Positions 25,063 through 36,600 of a stretch of DNA of 64,000 bases are shown in pieces. Numbering within the stretch: position 1 is the first letter of the stretch; the number at the start of each line of letters is the position of its first letter. The DNA is from Takakia lepidozioides. Its lineage: Eukaryota > Plantae > Bryophyta. Location of the stretch: contig CM060734.1 in assembly GCA_030704615.1 (NCBI GenBank), positions 16,430,001-16,494,000 on the forward strand. Reading direction: 5' to 3'. The notes below the pieces were generated by a model that saw only the letters and a list, made by a program, of their open reading frames with translations, did no database searches and was not told the origin of the DNA. The position numbers were made by a program, and so were the translations under genes.

Positions 25063-27367
25063 GTTGAAATTGTGTCCGCACAATTTCGTCAGTTCCTGTG
25101 TTTGCTGTATCTCTAGGGGATGTAGGGTGGTGGCATGCCTGTCTGCTGGTTAGGAAGTGCGTCCCAGGATTGTCGTGGTGGCAGCTTCTTGTTTCTGTCA
25201 TCACTGTCTGGTTGCTCCTGTGGTTCGTGAGTGGGGCAACTTTCGTTATCAGGGTGTTTTGTTATTCCGTCCCCACGTATCATGTCGATTTTGGTGGTCA
25301 GGGTTTAGGTTTGCAGCTCCTCCTTGGTCCAGGGTATAATGTTTTTAGTTGCCCTGCTGCCCATTAACCAGTTAACAACTTGCGTCCCTGTTTCTCTGAA
25401 AGGGTGGTCTCTGTCCAAGACCAATGGTGAAAAGTGGTCTTTCGTCTGGCGCCATGCTTCAGCATATAGTGGTCTGTTCATATATGTTGAAGTGCATGCG
25501 ACTCTCTCTGGTGGCTGGAATTTGGGTAATTCCCAGTGAGTATCTTTTTCAAAACTCTCATAGCGCTGCCAGCTTCCCCTCATTGTCACAAACATCCGGT
25601 ACAAGTAACTGCCAATATAAAAACTTGGACAACCCATTACAACGTCTACTGCCGGGGTAGGATTAATCTTCAATTGCCCCACTGCCCACATGTAAGCTTT
25701 CTGTGGTGGCTGTGAACAGTCTACTTTCAACATTTTCCCTTTCCTTCAGCAGTACAGTGTTGCATGAGAGACACTTACTTCCCTAGTCTTTGGCAGTCTT
25801 CAGTTGCCCCTTGAGTATATCTACCTGCTCCTTAAGTGTCTGCACTTGTCCTGTGATAGGTAGTTGCTGGATTTATTGTGGTTTCTTCCTGATGTTTACA
25901 AGGTTATTGGGAGAGTCAGCTTGGTCTTAGCAGGCAGGGTTTCAATCTCTGGGAGGCATGGTCAACTGCAAACAGCAGTGGCAGCAGCACAATTGATAGA
26001 ACAAGGCACTGCTAATCAAGGTAACTTCTTCAACGCATTTCAGCCTGTTTTTCCATGGCTGTCATTGGGATTGCAGCCCTAGCAGCTGATTCTGTGTCTA
26101 AGTAGCACGGACAAGGTAGTCGAATAGAATCTTGCCAATGTGGATAGTGGGAGGGCAGAGGAGGTAGCTGACACTGTTATGGACTTGTGGGCCTGGTGTG
26201 GCGTACCTTACTACGTAGGGGCCCAGGGGTATGTGGCGTACTACATGGGCAACAAAAGAAACGCCGGTCGCAGAGGCACTGGAGTGGTCAGGCCAGACGA
26301 GGGAAGTAGGACAGTAGCAGCGAGATGTGATGAAGAGCAAAGTAGAAAGGCTGAACAAGCGAAGCATAGGCGTGATTCAAGGGTTTCCAAAGCTGCAAGG
26401 GACGTTGAAGTGGTTGTTCATGAACGCGATATGGAGTGTTGTGAAGAGAGGGACGAACGAGCAGTGGGTAATTGCTTGAATAGCATTGTGCATGTCATTG
26501 AAGATGAATTGACTCAAAGAATGGATTAGACTCAAAGAAAATTGTGATGGGGAAGGTTCTCTATCACCCACAGCTTGCACCCTTTATGCCTTCTAACTTA
26601 TTGCTTGATGCAAAAGAAGCTAGAGCAAACCAAATTGCCTTGCATAGTATTAGAGAATGGCAGAGCAAAGTAAAAGGGAGACAGAGAAAATATATTGCTA
26701 GAGCCAAGAGCATTGTTTGTAGTGTGGCAACTTCCAGCCACACTGAGAATGTAAGATTGACTGTGAAGGTCCTTAGCGTAGATTGCAGGCTGCTTTCAAA
26801 AGGTATGAATAGACGAAGGCTTCTTGATGAGGCCGGGCAACCGTTGTGGCAATTGGAGAGTAAGCGAGCTGATGCGTTGACTAAAGAAGTTCAGACACTA
26901 ATAACAGAGTGGTGGACAACAGAAACCACGGTGTCACCAAACAAAAAGGAAGTTACTCGACGTCGCAGGGGGCCAAAAGATTATGAGACACGTGCCACAC
27001 ACTATCTTCAAGAGTCTCAGGTTTCTCCTCTCTACACTTGTTGTTTTTCTGTGTTCAATTGCATGTCCATCTTCTCAGCAACCTATATAGATCCTGAACA
27101 GTTTGCTTTCAACATGTTAGACTGACCATAATTCTCCTTCTTTAAGGATCTTACTTTTTTAGGAGTTTGTACATTGTTAGAGTACTTACTTACTAGGTAG
27201 GACAAGACCTCTGAAGTTTTCAGGATCAGGTATATATGTTGTTACAGTATATATATACTATGGCCTGGTTTGTATAAGTGTTAGTTGCACTCACTAGGGC
27301 TACTACATCATAAAGCCCTTGTTCTGTAGGAGTTAGTGCAGTACTGCAGTATCCTAATGATAGCTAT

Positions 27368-27531
27368 TAGTACCACTAGTAGAGTAAGTAATTGCGCATG
27401 AATCAGTTTAGGGTGTAGAGTAAGTAACTGCTAAAGGCAAGAATCAGTACCACTAGTAGAGTAAGTAATTGCTAAAGGCAGGATTCAGTACCACTAGTAT
27501 AATAAATAATTACTAAAGGCAGGATTCAGTA
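27368..27531. repeat. ~41-bp degenerate tandem repeat, about 4 copies
   Basis: AGTACCACTAGTAGAGTAAGTAATTGCTAAAGGCAGGATTC-like units. Confidence 0.75.
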
Positions 27532-27868
27532 GCAATAATCAATCAGTAACTATATACTACTAAAGCTACTGATTCCTGCATCCATGATATAACTCCTCTA
27601 GTAACTCCTCCAGCCATTTATTCCTACACTCATCTACTGAAGGCAGGACTCATTAGCAACAATAAAGTAATTATGCAAATGTCATAGTAGTTACACCTTA
27701 GGGTAAGAGCAGGAGTTAGTATCAAAGTAGTCATGTGACCCATTAAGATAGGAGTCAGTTGCATATGTACATAATTATAACCTAGCACAATATGCATCAT
27801 GGAGTGATTGACATGTTGTGTGATTGATATTGCAGCTTCACTTTTACACGCGCTTCCAAACAGCACCA

Positions 27869-27934
27869 ATGGCTGAACGAGATCTGGTGTCGTGGAGTGC
27901 GATGCTTGCAGGGTATGCACAGCAGGGGCGTGGG
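27869..27934 (+). pseudogene. Single PPR motif fragment (66 bp)
   Basis: Translates MAERDLVSWSAMLAGYAQQGRG, a typical PLS-class PPR motif, in a different frame from the flanking transposase-like ORF. Confidence 0.75.
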
Positions 27935-28439
27935 ATGCGTGGGTCTGATGGTTGGGCTAAGATCATTTGAGTATCTAAAGCCTTGGTACGTGCATCGTCT
28001 TACTGAAAGGAACACTTGTTGTTGCAAATATCACACAGAGATGCAGGAATTGAAGCAAGGGTGGAACAACATGAGATCGGCGATAAAAGGCATCCATGGT
28101 GACTCGTGTACATGTCATTGTTCTGAGGTATGAAACCCTAACCACAAACACTGATCCCGCAACCCAAACTCCAAACCCCCAAGGCAAACCATAAGCCTAA
28201 AACCCAAGCCCGCACTGATAAACCCCAAACCCCAAAGAATAAACGGAAACCACAAACCCATAACGGTAACCCTAATTCATGAAAGTGTACCTTACAGAAT
28301 AAACCCCAACCAGCGACAATTTAGAAGAGGTGGAGAACCGAAGTGAAAGGAGGCTTAAATTTAGAAAAATAGGTGGAAAAAATTAAAGTGTCATAAAGAA
28401 GCTCAACGGAAATTGTATGTGTTGTTGAGTTTAAATAAG

Positions 28440-29221
28440 TGTATTTTAATTTGGCAGAAGCTTAATTCCAGCCCAGAAGACCAGCCAGATTAAGCTGGCG
28501 TCAACGCCACCTTACTCTGGCACATTCGGGGGGGGGGGGGGGGGGGGGGGCAAAAACGGATTTTTATTTATTTTTTGGTTGCTGCTTTTCTGTTTTTCAA
28601 TATCCTTCTGCTTAGAGGGGTGGAGATTAAGCTGGCATCAACGCCATCTTAATCTAGACCCAGACAGACAGACAGGTAGACAAACAGACAGGGTTCTTGA
28701 GTGGTTTATGTTTTTCTGTTTGTCAATTTATTTGTGCTTAGAAGGGTGGAGATTAAGCTGGCGTCAACGCCATCTTAATCAAGACCCAAATAGACAGGTA
28801 CACAAACAGACAGACAGACAGAGACACAAACAGATGGTAGGACTTCAATGGTTGCTTCTTTTCTGTTTTTCAATTTCCTTGAGCTTAGAGGGGTGGAGAT
28901 TAAGCTGGCGTCAACGCCATCTTAATCCAGACCTGGATAGTTAGCCATTCAGACATACCACTCTACTTTCATCCAGATTTTTATCATATCACATTCATCC
29001 ATCATTTATCCACTCACCAATCTTATTGCCAAGCCTTAGTCACACTCCGGGAATACTAAGCTCTCATTTTCGGCGGTTAAGCCCCGCGGCAATAGGGCTT
29101 CTAGGAGTTGACGGACCGCGGTAATAGGCCCAACCCAAAATTATAATTTCGAGGAATGTGAGCAGAATTTTGCTCACAGTATTTTCTGCTCACGTGAGCT
29201 GCTCACAATCTAGCACGCCCC
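28440..29221. mobile_element. DNA transposon terminal region with palindromic subterminal repeats
   Basis: GATTAAGCTGGCGTCAACGCCATCTTAATC-like motif x4. Ends TGCTCACAATCTAGCACGCCC, identical to the ends at 41995 and, inverted, at 48091. Confidence 0.75.
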
Positions 29222-29622
29222 GTGCTGGCCATTGTGGCTGCTGAGACATTCCTATCCAGGGTTCCTTTGCCTGAGCGTGGGATGCTGCTACCGCATACGG
29301 AGGCAGGTCGTAGTTTTTTATCCGGAGTCTGTAGCGCAACAATTTGTTCCTGCACTTTGAGCCTCTTCTCCCTTGCAACGTCCTCCCTCCCAAAATACGT
29401 TGAACACCGTGGAATCCCGCTGATGGCCTTAGCGAGATGCTTCGTAAAATGCAAGGGCGGTTCGTAACTGCAATAAGGACAAAACATATTAGATCATGGC
29501 AGGCGAGAAGCCTCAGATGGGACACCTATGCTAGCTATGCTAACAATCAATAGACTACTTAGAAGTTCAACTTACTCACTCTAGCAATTGTACGTGGATC
29601 TACAACCCATCCCGGTCGTCGT

Positions 29623-30905
29623 TCAACCAATCGTTGTCGGCAAGTGTGTCAGTGTGATTGTTGGCCCTGGTGCTGCCTGCTGCAATCCTCCAAGCCTCTC
29701 TTGTAGGAGCTCTTCATCCCCTTCCAGCGCGAGCAGATGCCTTCCGCAAACACTTACAGCCACCATGGAGGACCCGCATCCCGCTAGTGTCAGATCGACT
29801 ACTGTTCCCCCTTCTGGTGAACACATCTCCATAAAGGTTTGGATAAACCTCGGGCTTTTCTCGCGAGCCCCACGGAGGAAGGTATCATCTTGCCGTTTGT
29901 GGACTCTATGCTCTCTCACCATGTTCCTCACCACATCTTCAGTGATGGCGTTGTGGTCGGTGTCCAGCTTCCCAGCAATCTCCCGGAAATTGAAATTACC
30001 CTCCAAGCCTTTCAAAAGGCATAATGCATAAAAAAATGACAGTCTGCAAGTTCCAATGACAGTAAGAATCCCATGAGCTCCATGTTACATAATGCAAGAC
30101 CTCTCATAGTTGCTACAGGTTGTGATTCCAGACAGACAATGCAAACATTGGAAGGTGCTCACAAGTACCAATACTCCTTACTACTAAACCCCTCTGAAGT
30201 AGTCGTTACCGACTACAACTCCCAAACAACCCACCCCTATGTTATAGTCGGTACCGACTATGACTCCGTAAGATCCCATTGCCGTGTCATAGTCGGTGCC
30301 GATTATGATTCCCAAGTACCCCAGGCTGCCCTATCCACTAATGCTTATTGACTATGACTGCCGAATACCGCAGCCCCGTCCGATAATCATTTCCTACTAT
30401 GACTCCCCAAGACCACATCCCCCTGTCATAGTTGGTGCCAACTATGACTCCTACGCAGGCCCCCGTCCAATAGTCGGTACCGACTATGTCTCTGCAGAAT
30501 ATGACTACCGACTGCGACTGTATCCGCAGACTATTACATGCATTTGCCAGTACATTCCCAAGAAGCTGCAGTCGTCTGTAACGACTACTACACAATAACC
30601 CGAAATGACTCTAATACAGACTGGACACTGTGGTGCAAAAGACGTGAGAACCAACAGGCACATAAAAAAGAGCCACATTACATAAGTGAGCAGGTTGAAC
30701 TTACCTGTGGCTGCCCCACTTCTCCAGATTGGAGGGGAATTCAATTGATGCAAGTCCATTTTTTCTTGATAACTTTGAAGGGCCCCAATGGGCCCACACA
30801 TCTCCAAATTTCAACCTCTGTTTTAGCATCGCCCTTGCAGAAAATCACAAGGCAACCCTGGTCTTTTAGCAAGGATGATACCAGTGCCAGTGCATGCGGG
30901 ATAGT
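29623..30905 (-). pseudogene. Beta-class N4-cytosine/N6-adenine DNA methyltransferase-like gene, C-terminal exons (~30905-30714 and ~30042-29630)
   Basis: EKSPRFIQTFMEMCSPEGGTVVDLTLAGCGSSMVAVSVCGRHLLALEGD matches the N6_N4_Mtase C-terminus (KP..L...S..G..VLDPFxGSGT..A...GR...G.E). The upstream exon LVSSLLKDQGCLVIF matches the LKxxGxxxI region. The catalytic (D/S)PPY motif was not found. Confidence 0.7.
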
Positions 30906-31116
30906 ATCCTTTGTCTTTGCATTAGTAATAGTCGGATATGATTATAGGTCAGGGCAGGGGTACTTGCCAGTCATTGTCAGTAAGGAAAACCACATAGGGC
31001 AGCTGGTAGTTTGCAGTCATAGTCGGCACCGACCATGACACGGGGTTGGGGTCATAGTCGGTGGTGACTATTGGGCAGGGGTGTGATTTTTTAGAGTAGT
31101 AGTCGGTAACGACTAC
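30198..31116. repeat. Dispersed palindromic repeats ATAGTCGGTACCGACTAT and variants
   Basis: More than 10 copies at 30200-30590 and 30928-31116. Also at 61907-62001, 63165, 63310 and 63469. Confidence 0.85.
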
Positions 31117-31215
31117 TTCACGGGGGTTTAATAGTCAGAAACGCCTGAGTAGTTGTGTGCTATTGCCAATATTGTTCATGTCCATCCGGAATCATACTTC
31201 CATGCACTTTTGCAG

Positions 31216-31821
31216 GTACCTAAATTTTTATTTGCTTGCCAACAAACATATCAAGTGTATGCTGACCATGGTCACACAGTGGGCTAGCTCGCGGGCTGAC
31301 TGCACAATGTACAACGGAAGGCAATTAGCCGAGTATATCAAAATCACTCATTTGCCATGCTACTGGTGGTTGGACTTGCCACCGAATGTCATTCCTGACG
31401 TGGAGGTGGAAGTGTACAATAAGTACACGAAGAACGAGCTGCAGGCACCCATATACATGGAGCCACTGACGGAGAAAGGTGCCGAGGAGGTCGCCGAGGT
31501 TGCTGCAACCCACCTTCAACAAGCAAATACTGCTCTGCAAGCTGCGGTAGCCACCAAAAAACAGAGAAAAATGAAACAAAAACCCAAAAAGACAGCCACC
31601 ACAGAGCAAGACACCCCCCCCCCCTAGGCAGAAGGCGTGCAGGCAACACCGGTTTGGATGTTGTCGATGAAACAGATGGTGCTGACAGGGAGGACAACCC
31701 AGAGGCAGGACATTTTACCCAGGCCCTACAAAATTTCCTGATTGAGCGAAGGAGTCAATCTGCTTGGAACGTATGGGCAAGCACAAGTGAGGGCAGGGTC
31801 ATGCAGCTTGCATCGATCCTA
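31216..31821 (+). pseudogene. Exon of unknown protein, truncated by the gypsy terminus
   Basis: TTTTGCAG acceptor at 31215, then open frame YLNFYLLANKH...; flanked by the same palindromic repeats as the MTase-like gene. Confidence 0.4.
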
Positions 31822-32528
31822 TGTCATGCGCATACATATCGCTACACAACTACATCGTTGCCCAAAACCACACAACACATGTGCACACCACACACTAATA
31901 TACCACTAGTCCACCACTAGTCCAGCCACTAGTCTAACCACTAGGCTACAACTAGTCAGTCACTAGGCTGCCACTATGCTGCCCACTATGGCAGTCACTA
32001 GTCCACACAATAGATAACGAAGAAGAATACAAGCACAAGCTCATGCGAGCTCACAAAGCTGAAGCATAAACTCATGCATATATAACCTCATCACTCAAAT
32101 ACAAGTCAAGCCAAGTGCACCCCACGCCATGGGGAATCCACACTACGGCGCCATAGCTAGGCGCGGTGAGGCTCCACTCGAGAAAGATGAGCCTCCCGCA
32201 CTTGCCGTGAAGACAACCACTCCAGGGCCTAAATCTGCCTTGACCCCTGGATTGACACTTGGGCCAATCCCAAATGTCAATATGTAAAAGCTAGCTATTT
32301 CCTAGCTAGTTTCACACTAGTGGTAAAATAACTTGACAGCTGTCGTGCGCATACATATCGCTACACAACTACATCGCTATCCAAAACCACACAACACTTG
32401 TGCACACCACACACTAGTATACCACTAGTCCACCACTAGTCCAGCCACTAGTCTAACCACTAGGCTACAACTAGTCAGTCACTAGGCTGCCACTATGCTG
32501 CCCACTATGGCAGTCACTAGTCCACACA
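31822..32528 (-). repeat. Split terminal repeats of the DNMT/PHD-gypsy element: Y1 (32528-32341), X2 (32338-32013), Y2 (32009-31822)
   Basis: Y1 and Y2 are 188-bp near-identical direct repeats. X2 matches 61139-61450. PPT AGCTAGGGGGGTGAT immediately precedes Y1 on the minus strand. Confidence 0.9.
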
Positions 32529-32840
32529 ATCACCCCCCTAGCTAGTGCTTAGGTCCCTCTAAGTCCAGGTAGCCACAAGATGTGATAGTGACCATAGCCT
32601 CACTAAGTCCTCCACCATTATCCCTACTACACTCAAACTCGATAGATCAAGAGGCCGGGTGCAAGAGTTACCCCATCGTTAGTCGCCGTCTTGCAACCTG
32701 TGAACTTGAGCTTGGGATCTCATGTATTGACTCCTATGAGCTTGGCCTCCCATGTCTTGTTAGCTGCCTCCAGTCATGTCCACTGCCACTATCCCAAGCA
32801 GTGTGGACACAACCAATCTCCGTCAGGAACCTTCTCAAGA
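32529..32840 (-). mobile_element. End of PHD finger, 3' UTR and PPT of the DNMT/PHD-gypsy (piece C, distal part)
   Basis: Minus strand LEKVPDGDWLCPHCLG* (32840-32789). The UTR is homologous to 11590-11843. Confidence 0.9.
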
Positions 32841-33566
32841 TGTCGCGGCCCTTTGCCTTGAGGGCAGGGGGTCGGGACACATGAGGGGCTGCCCCTCTGG
32901 TGGGGGCAGCGGCAGCGATAGGTATGGGGGGGCTGAAGCACCCTTGAGTGCCCAAGGCACTCAAGGAGGCGGAGGCGCTTACTAGGTGGAGTCCCGCACA
33001 CCGGGTTGCGGTGGGGGTGGCTCCACAAGGGGTGGTGGTAGCTTAGCGGGACTTAGTGGGGGTGGCATAGGACTCACCATGGGGGCGGAGACCTCGTGGT
33101 GGGAGTCGTGGGGAGTCTTGGGACTCATCACGGTCCAGAGGGGCCGTGGTGAGTGGGCCAAGACTCACCGCGACTCATCACCGGGAGTCGAGGGTTTTCG
33201 TGGTGGTTCGCCATAAAATGGCATGGCTGGTTGTGAAACCCCGCGGACAGCTACAGAAGTGTATATAAGGGGAGTAGTGACCCCGAGAACGGTGCAAGCC
33301 CGTTGGTGACCAAAAACTAGTGAGTAAGCGAGCGAGCCGGAAAGCGACCAAAGAGTGGGGAGCTGTTCCGGACTGCCATCTACCAAAGGGAATTCTCCTA
33401 GGCCAAATAGGTGGAGGGTTTAGTGGGAATCGAAGGGGGACCGTTATGTCCCGGTGAGCAGCCGAAGCTCCAAGTTGGCCCGGCGGCCAGGTTGGGAGTC
33501 AGGCGCGCGCATCAAAGCGAGTAACTATGACTTGAAGGGGAGCTTACCGAAGTGAGGTGCGCGACA
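32841..33566 (+). repeat. 5' LTR of chromovirus
   Basis: About 98% identical to 39082-39810 by manual comparison. Confidence 0.95.
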
Positions 33567-33568
33567 CT

Positions 33569-33580
33569 TGGTATCAGAGC
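33569..33580 (+). promoter_or_regulatory. Primer binding site, tRNA-iMet
   Basis: TGGTATCAGAGC, 2 nt after the LTR end. Confidence 0.93.
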
Positions 33581-33621
33581 TTAGAGTTCAGTACGCGATC
33601 GTCCTTGGGATTGGCCTCATC

Positions 33622-36600
33622 ATGGGGTCAGGCAAGCCAAAGCGAAAGCGGAACGGCCCAAAAGATGATGATCCTGGTGAGCCCGATGGGGGCGACGTGT
33701 CACCGAAGCGGCCGTTTGAGGAAGCGACGCAGGTTTTTGAAAGCGAGGCCGCTCAAGAGCGGGAGGAATCTGAGGAGTCGGAGCCCGAGGAATCCGTGAG
33801 AGCTCCGACCGACCAACAGATGCCTCCCATGCCGGCAGCCTTTTGGGAAGGGTTGTTGGCGCAGTTTGGCGGGACGTTGAAAGACGTGTTGAAGGCGGCT
33901 AATGCCACTTCCACTAAGGCAAAGTTTAAGTGAAGCCTAAGGAACCCGGCACCTTCGAGGGCGTCCGAAATCGGAAGGCACTCAACACCTGGCTCTTGGA
34001 GCTAGAGCAGTACTTCCAGGCGGCCAAGTTGAGTGACGAGGATCGGGTGGAAGTGGCTCCCACCTATTTGAGGGGCTATGCTCAACAATGGTGGCAGAAA
34101 CGCCTTCACGACCGAGGCCAAGCCCGGAAACCTTGAACTGGAGTGGGTTCAAGGAATTGATGAAGAGACAGTTTGTGCCCCTCAACGCGTCCTGGCTTGC
34201 CCGGGACAAGATGAGGAATTTGAAGCAAACAGATGACATTCGGGGGTATGTCCAGGCTTTCAATGTGCTGTTGCTCGAAGTCGCGGACATGGCAGAACCA
34301 GAAATGGTCTTCAACTTTGTGGCGGGACTGGCCCCATGGGCCAGGCGGAAGTTGGAGGAGAAGCCACCCAAGACTTTGAACGAGGCAATTGAGAGGGCTG
34401 AATGTTTCTCGGATGTCCCTAGGGGTGAGAGACAAGGCCGTACGGAGCTGAACCACAAGAAGACCCGGCGGGAAGGTGACTCCTTCCGACCGGAAAAGAA
34501 GTGGGATAGGCCACGCGGCGACAATGGCACGTGGAAATCGAAGGGAGGGCCTTCACACGTCAAGGCGGCACCCGGTGCTTCGAAAGGAAAAGCGGGTGGA
34601 GCGGCTTATGGCGGACAGAAGGCACCTTTGATGGAGTGTGTTTCAATTGCGGGGAGCCCGGGCACATGGCCAAGAAGTGCACAAAACCTCGACAATTGAA
34701 CATGACTCGGGCACCACGGAGCTGTCGGAAGATACCATCAGTCGCTTGGTGGAAGCGGTGGTCGCCAGGACTTGCAAGGTAGGCAACTATTCTTGTGAGT
34801 TGTATCAGGAAACTGGCGCCCTGCGTAAAGGGAGTCAGTTATTGTTCGTGGATGGGATAATATCCGGAACTAACGTGTCGTTGTTGGTGGACACAGGAGC
34901 GTCGCACTCCTTCATGACGCCGGTGGCGGCGCGAAAGTTGGGACTCCCGACAAGTGACGTGGGGGCCTCTATTGAGGTGCGCTCTGCCAAAGGAGAACCT
35001 CAGTTGGCGACAAGGTTGGCGTTTGATGTTCCTCTTCAACTGGGGAGTTGGGAGGGACGTGAGAACTTCACCATCTGCGAGATCGATGGAGTGGATCTCA
35101 TTTTGGGGATGACCTTTTTGAGCAAATCCGGAGCGGTCATAGATGGCCGCAAGAGAGTAGTCACGCTGCCATGTGGGAATGGTGGCGAGGTTTACGAGTG
35201 TCGAAACGCCCAAATCCGTGGGAGGGCGAATAAACCTTCTGTCAGCAAAGGAGTGGGCCGTGGAGGAGGCACACGAGCCCCAATTTTTGCTTTACATTAG
35301 AGAAGTGAAAGGAGAAGGCGATGGGGAGCCGAGCCCAGATTGGATCAAGGGGATTTTGGAGAAATACCAGGATGTGATGCCGGAGGATTTACCAAGCGGC
35401 TTGCCACCGCGAAGAGGAGTTGACCACAAGATTGAGGTGATACCGGGATCGGAACCGCCTGCCAAGGCGCCCTACCGGTTGAGCCACAGAGAGTTGGTCG
35501 AGCTGAAGACTCAGCTCAAGGATCTAATGTCAAAGGGGTACATCCGGCCGAGTAAGTCACCTTACGGAGCCCCGGTGCTATTTGCAGACAAGAAGGATGG
35601 GACGCTGCGGATGTGTGTCGATTACAGGGCTCTGAATAAGGTGACTATCAAAAACCGGTACCCTTTGCCAAGGATCGACGACCTCTTCGATCGGTTGGCA
35701 GGAGCAAGTATTTCAGCCGGATCGACTTGCGCTCCGGCTATCACCAAATTCGGGTGGCGGAAGGAGATGAGGAGAAGACCGCGTGCAGGACAAGGTATGG
35801 TTCATATGAGTTCTTGGTGATGCCTTTTGGGCTCACCAATGCACCAGCGACATTTAGCACGCTGATGAACAGCCTTTTCCAGGAGTGGTTGGATGACTTT
35901 GTGATCGTGTACATCGACGACATCTTGGTGTACTCGAAAACAAAGGAGGAGCACCTGGAGCACCTGAAAAGGGTGTTCCAAAAATTGCGGGAAGGGAAGC
36001 TGTATGCCAAAGCTTCAAAGTGCGAATTCGGGGTCACAAAAGTGGAGTTCTTGGGCATGTGATTACACAGGATGGGATCAAAATGGATGACAGAAAGGTG
36101 AGGGCGATCTTGGACTGGGAGCTTCTGACTTCGGTCTCGGGAGTGCGATCCTTCCTAGGACTCGCCTCCTATTACCGGAAGTATGTGAGAAATTTCGCCA
36201 AGATTGCGGGGCCGCTGTCAGACCTTCTGTGTAAATCTAAAGTCTGGGCATGGAACACCTTTTGTGGCCAAGCTTTTGCTGAATTGAAGCAGCGGATGGC
36301 GGAAGCTCCAGTCTTGAAAATCCCGGAGTTCGATCGTCCGTTCGAGATACACACAGATGCGTCGGACTTCGCGATTGGGGGTGTACTGATGCAAGATGGA
36401 CGCCCAGTGGCTTACAAAAGTAAGAAACTGAATGAAGTGGAGCGACGGTGGCCGACGCACGAGAAAAGAGATGAAGGCGGTGGTGCACTGTCTTGAGCTT
36501 TGGCGCCACTATGTTGGTTCCAACCCAGTGAAGGTGTTCACGGACAATGTCACGGTGAAGTATTTTGCCACGCAGCCCAAGTTGTCCCCAAAACAACTTA

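Larger units (their letters stand above)
26544..28130 (+). pseudogene. Fragmented spliced DNA-transposase-like gene (superfamily not assigned)
   Basis: RADALTKEVQTLITEWWTTETTVSPNKKEV...HYLQESQ followed by a GT donor at 27021, and VGLRSFEYLKPWYV..ERNTCCCKYH (~27950-28035). These resemble N-terminal/Cys-His regions of cut-and-paste transposases. No catalytic core seen. Confidence 0.5.

Noticed and set aside
28488-28930. CRISPR-like palindromic repeat-spacer array
   Set aside because: The spacers are about 100 bp and similar to each other, there are no cas genes, the context is eukaryotic, and the array lies at a transposon end.
30198-31116. ATAGTCGGTACCGACTAT repeats as a CRISPR array
   Set aside because: Irregular spacing, degenerate copies, both orientations, and location within introns.
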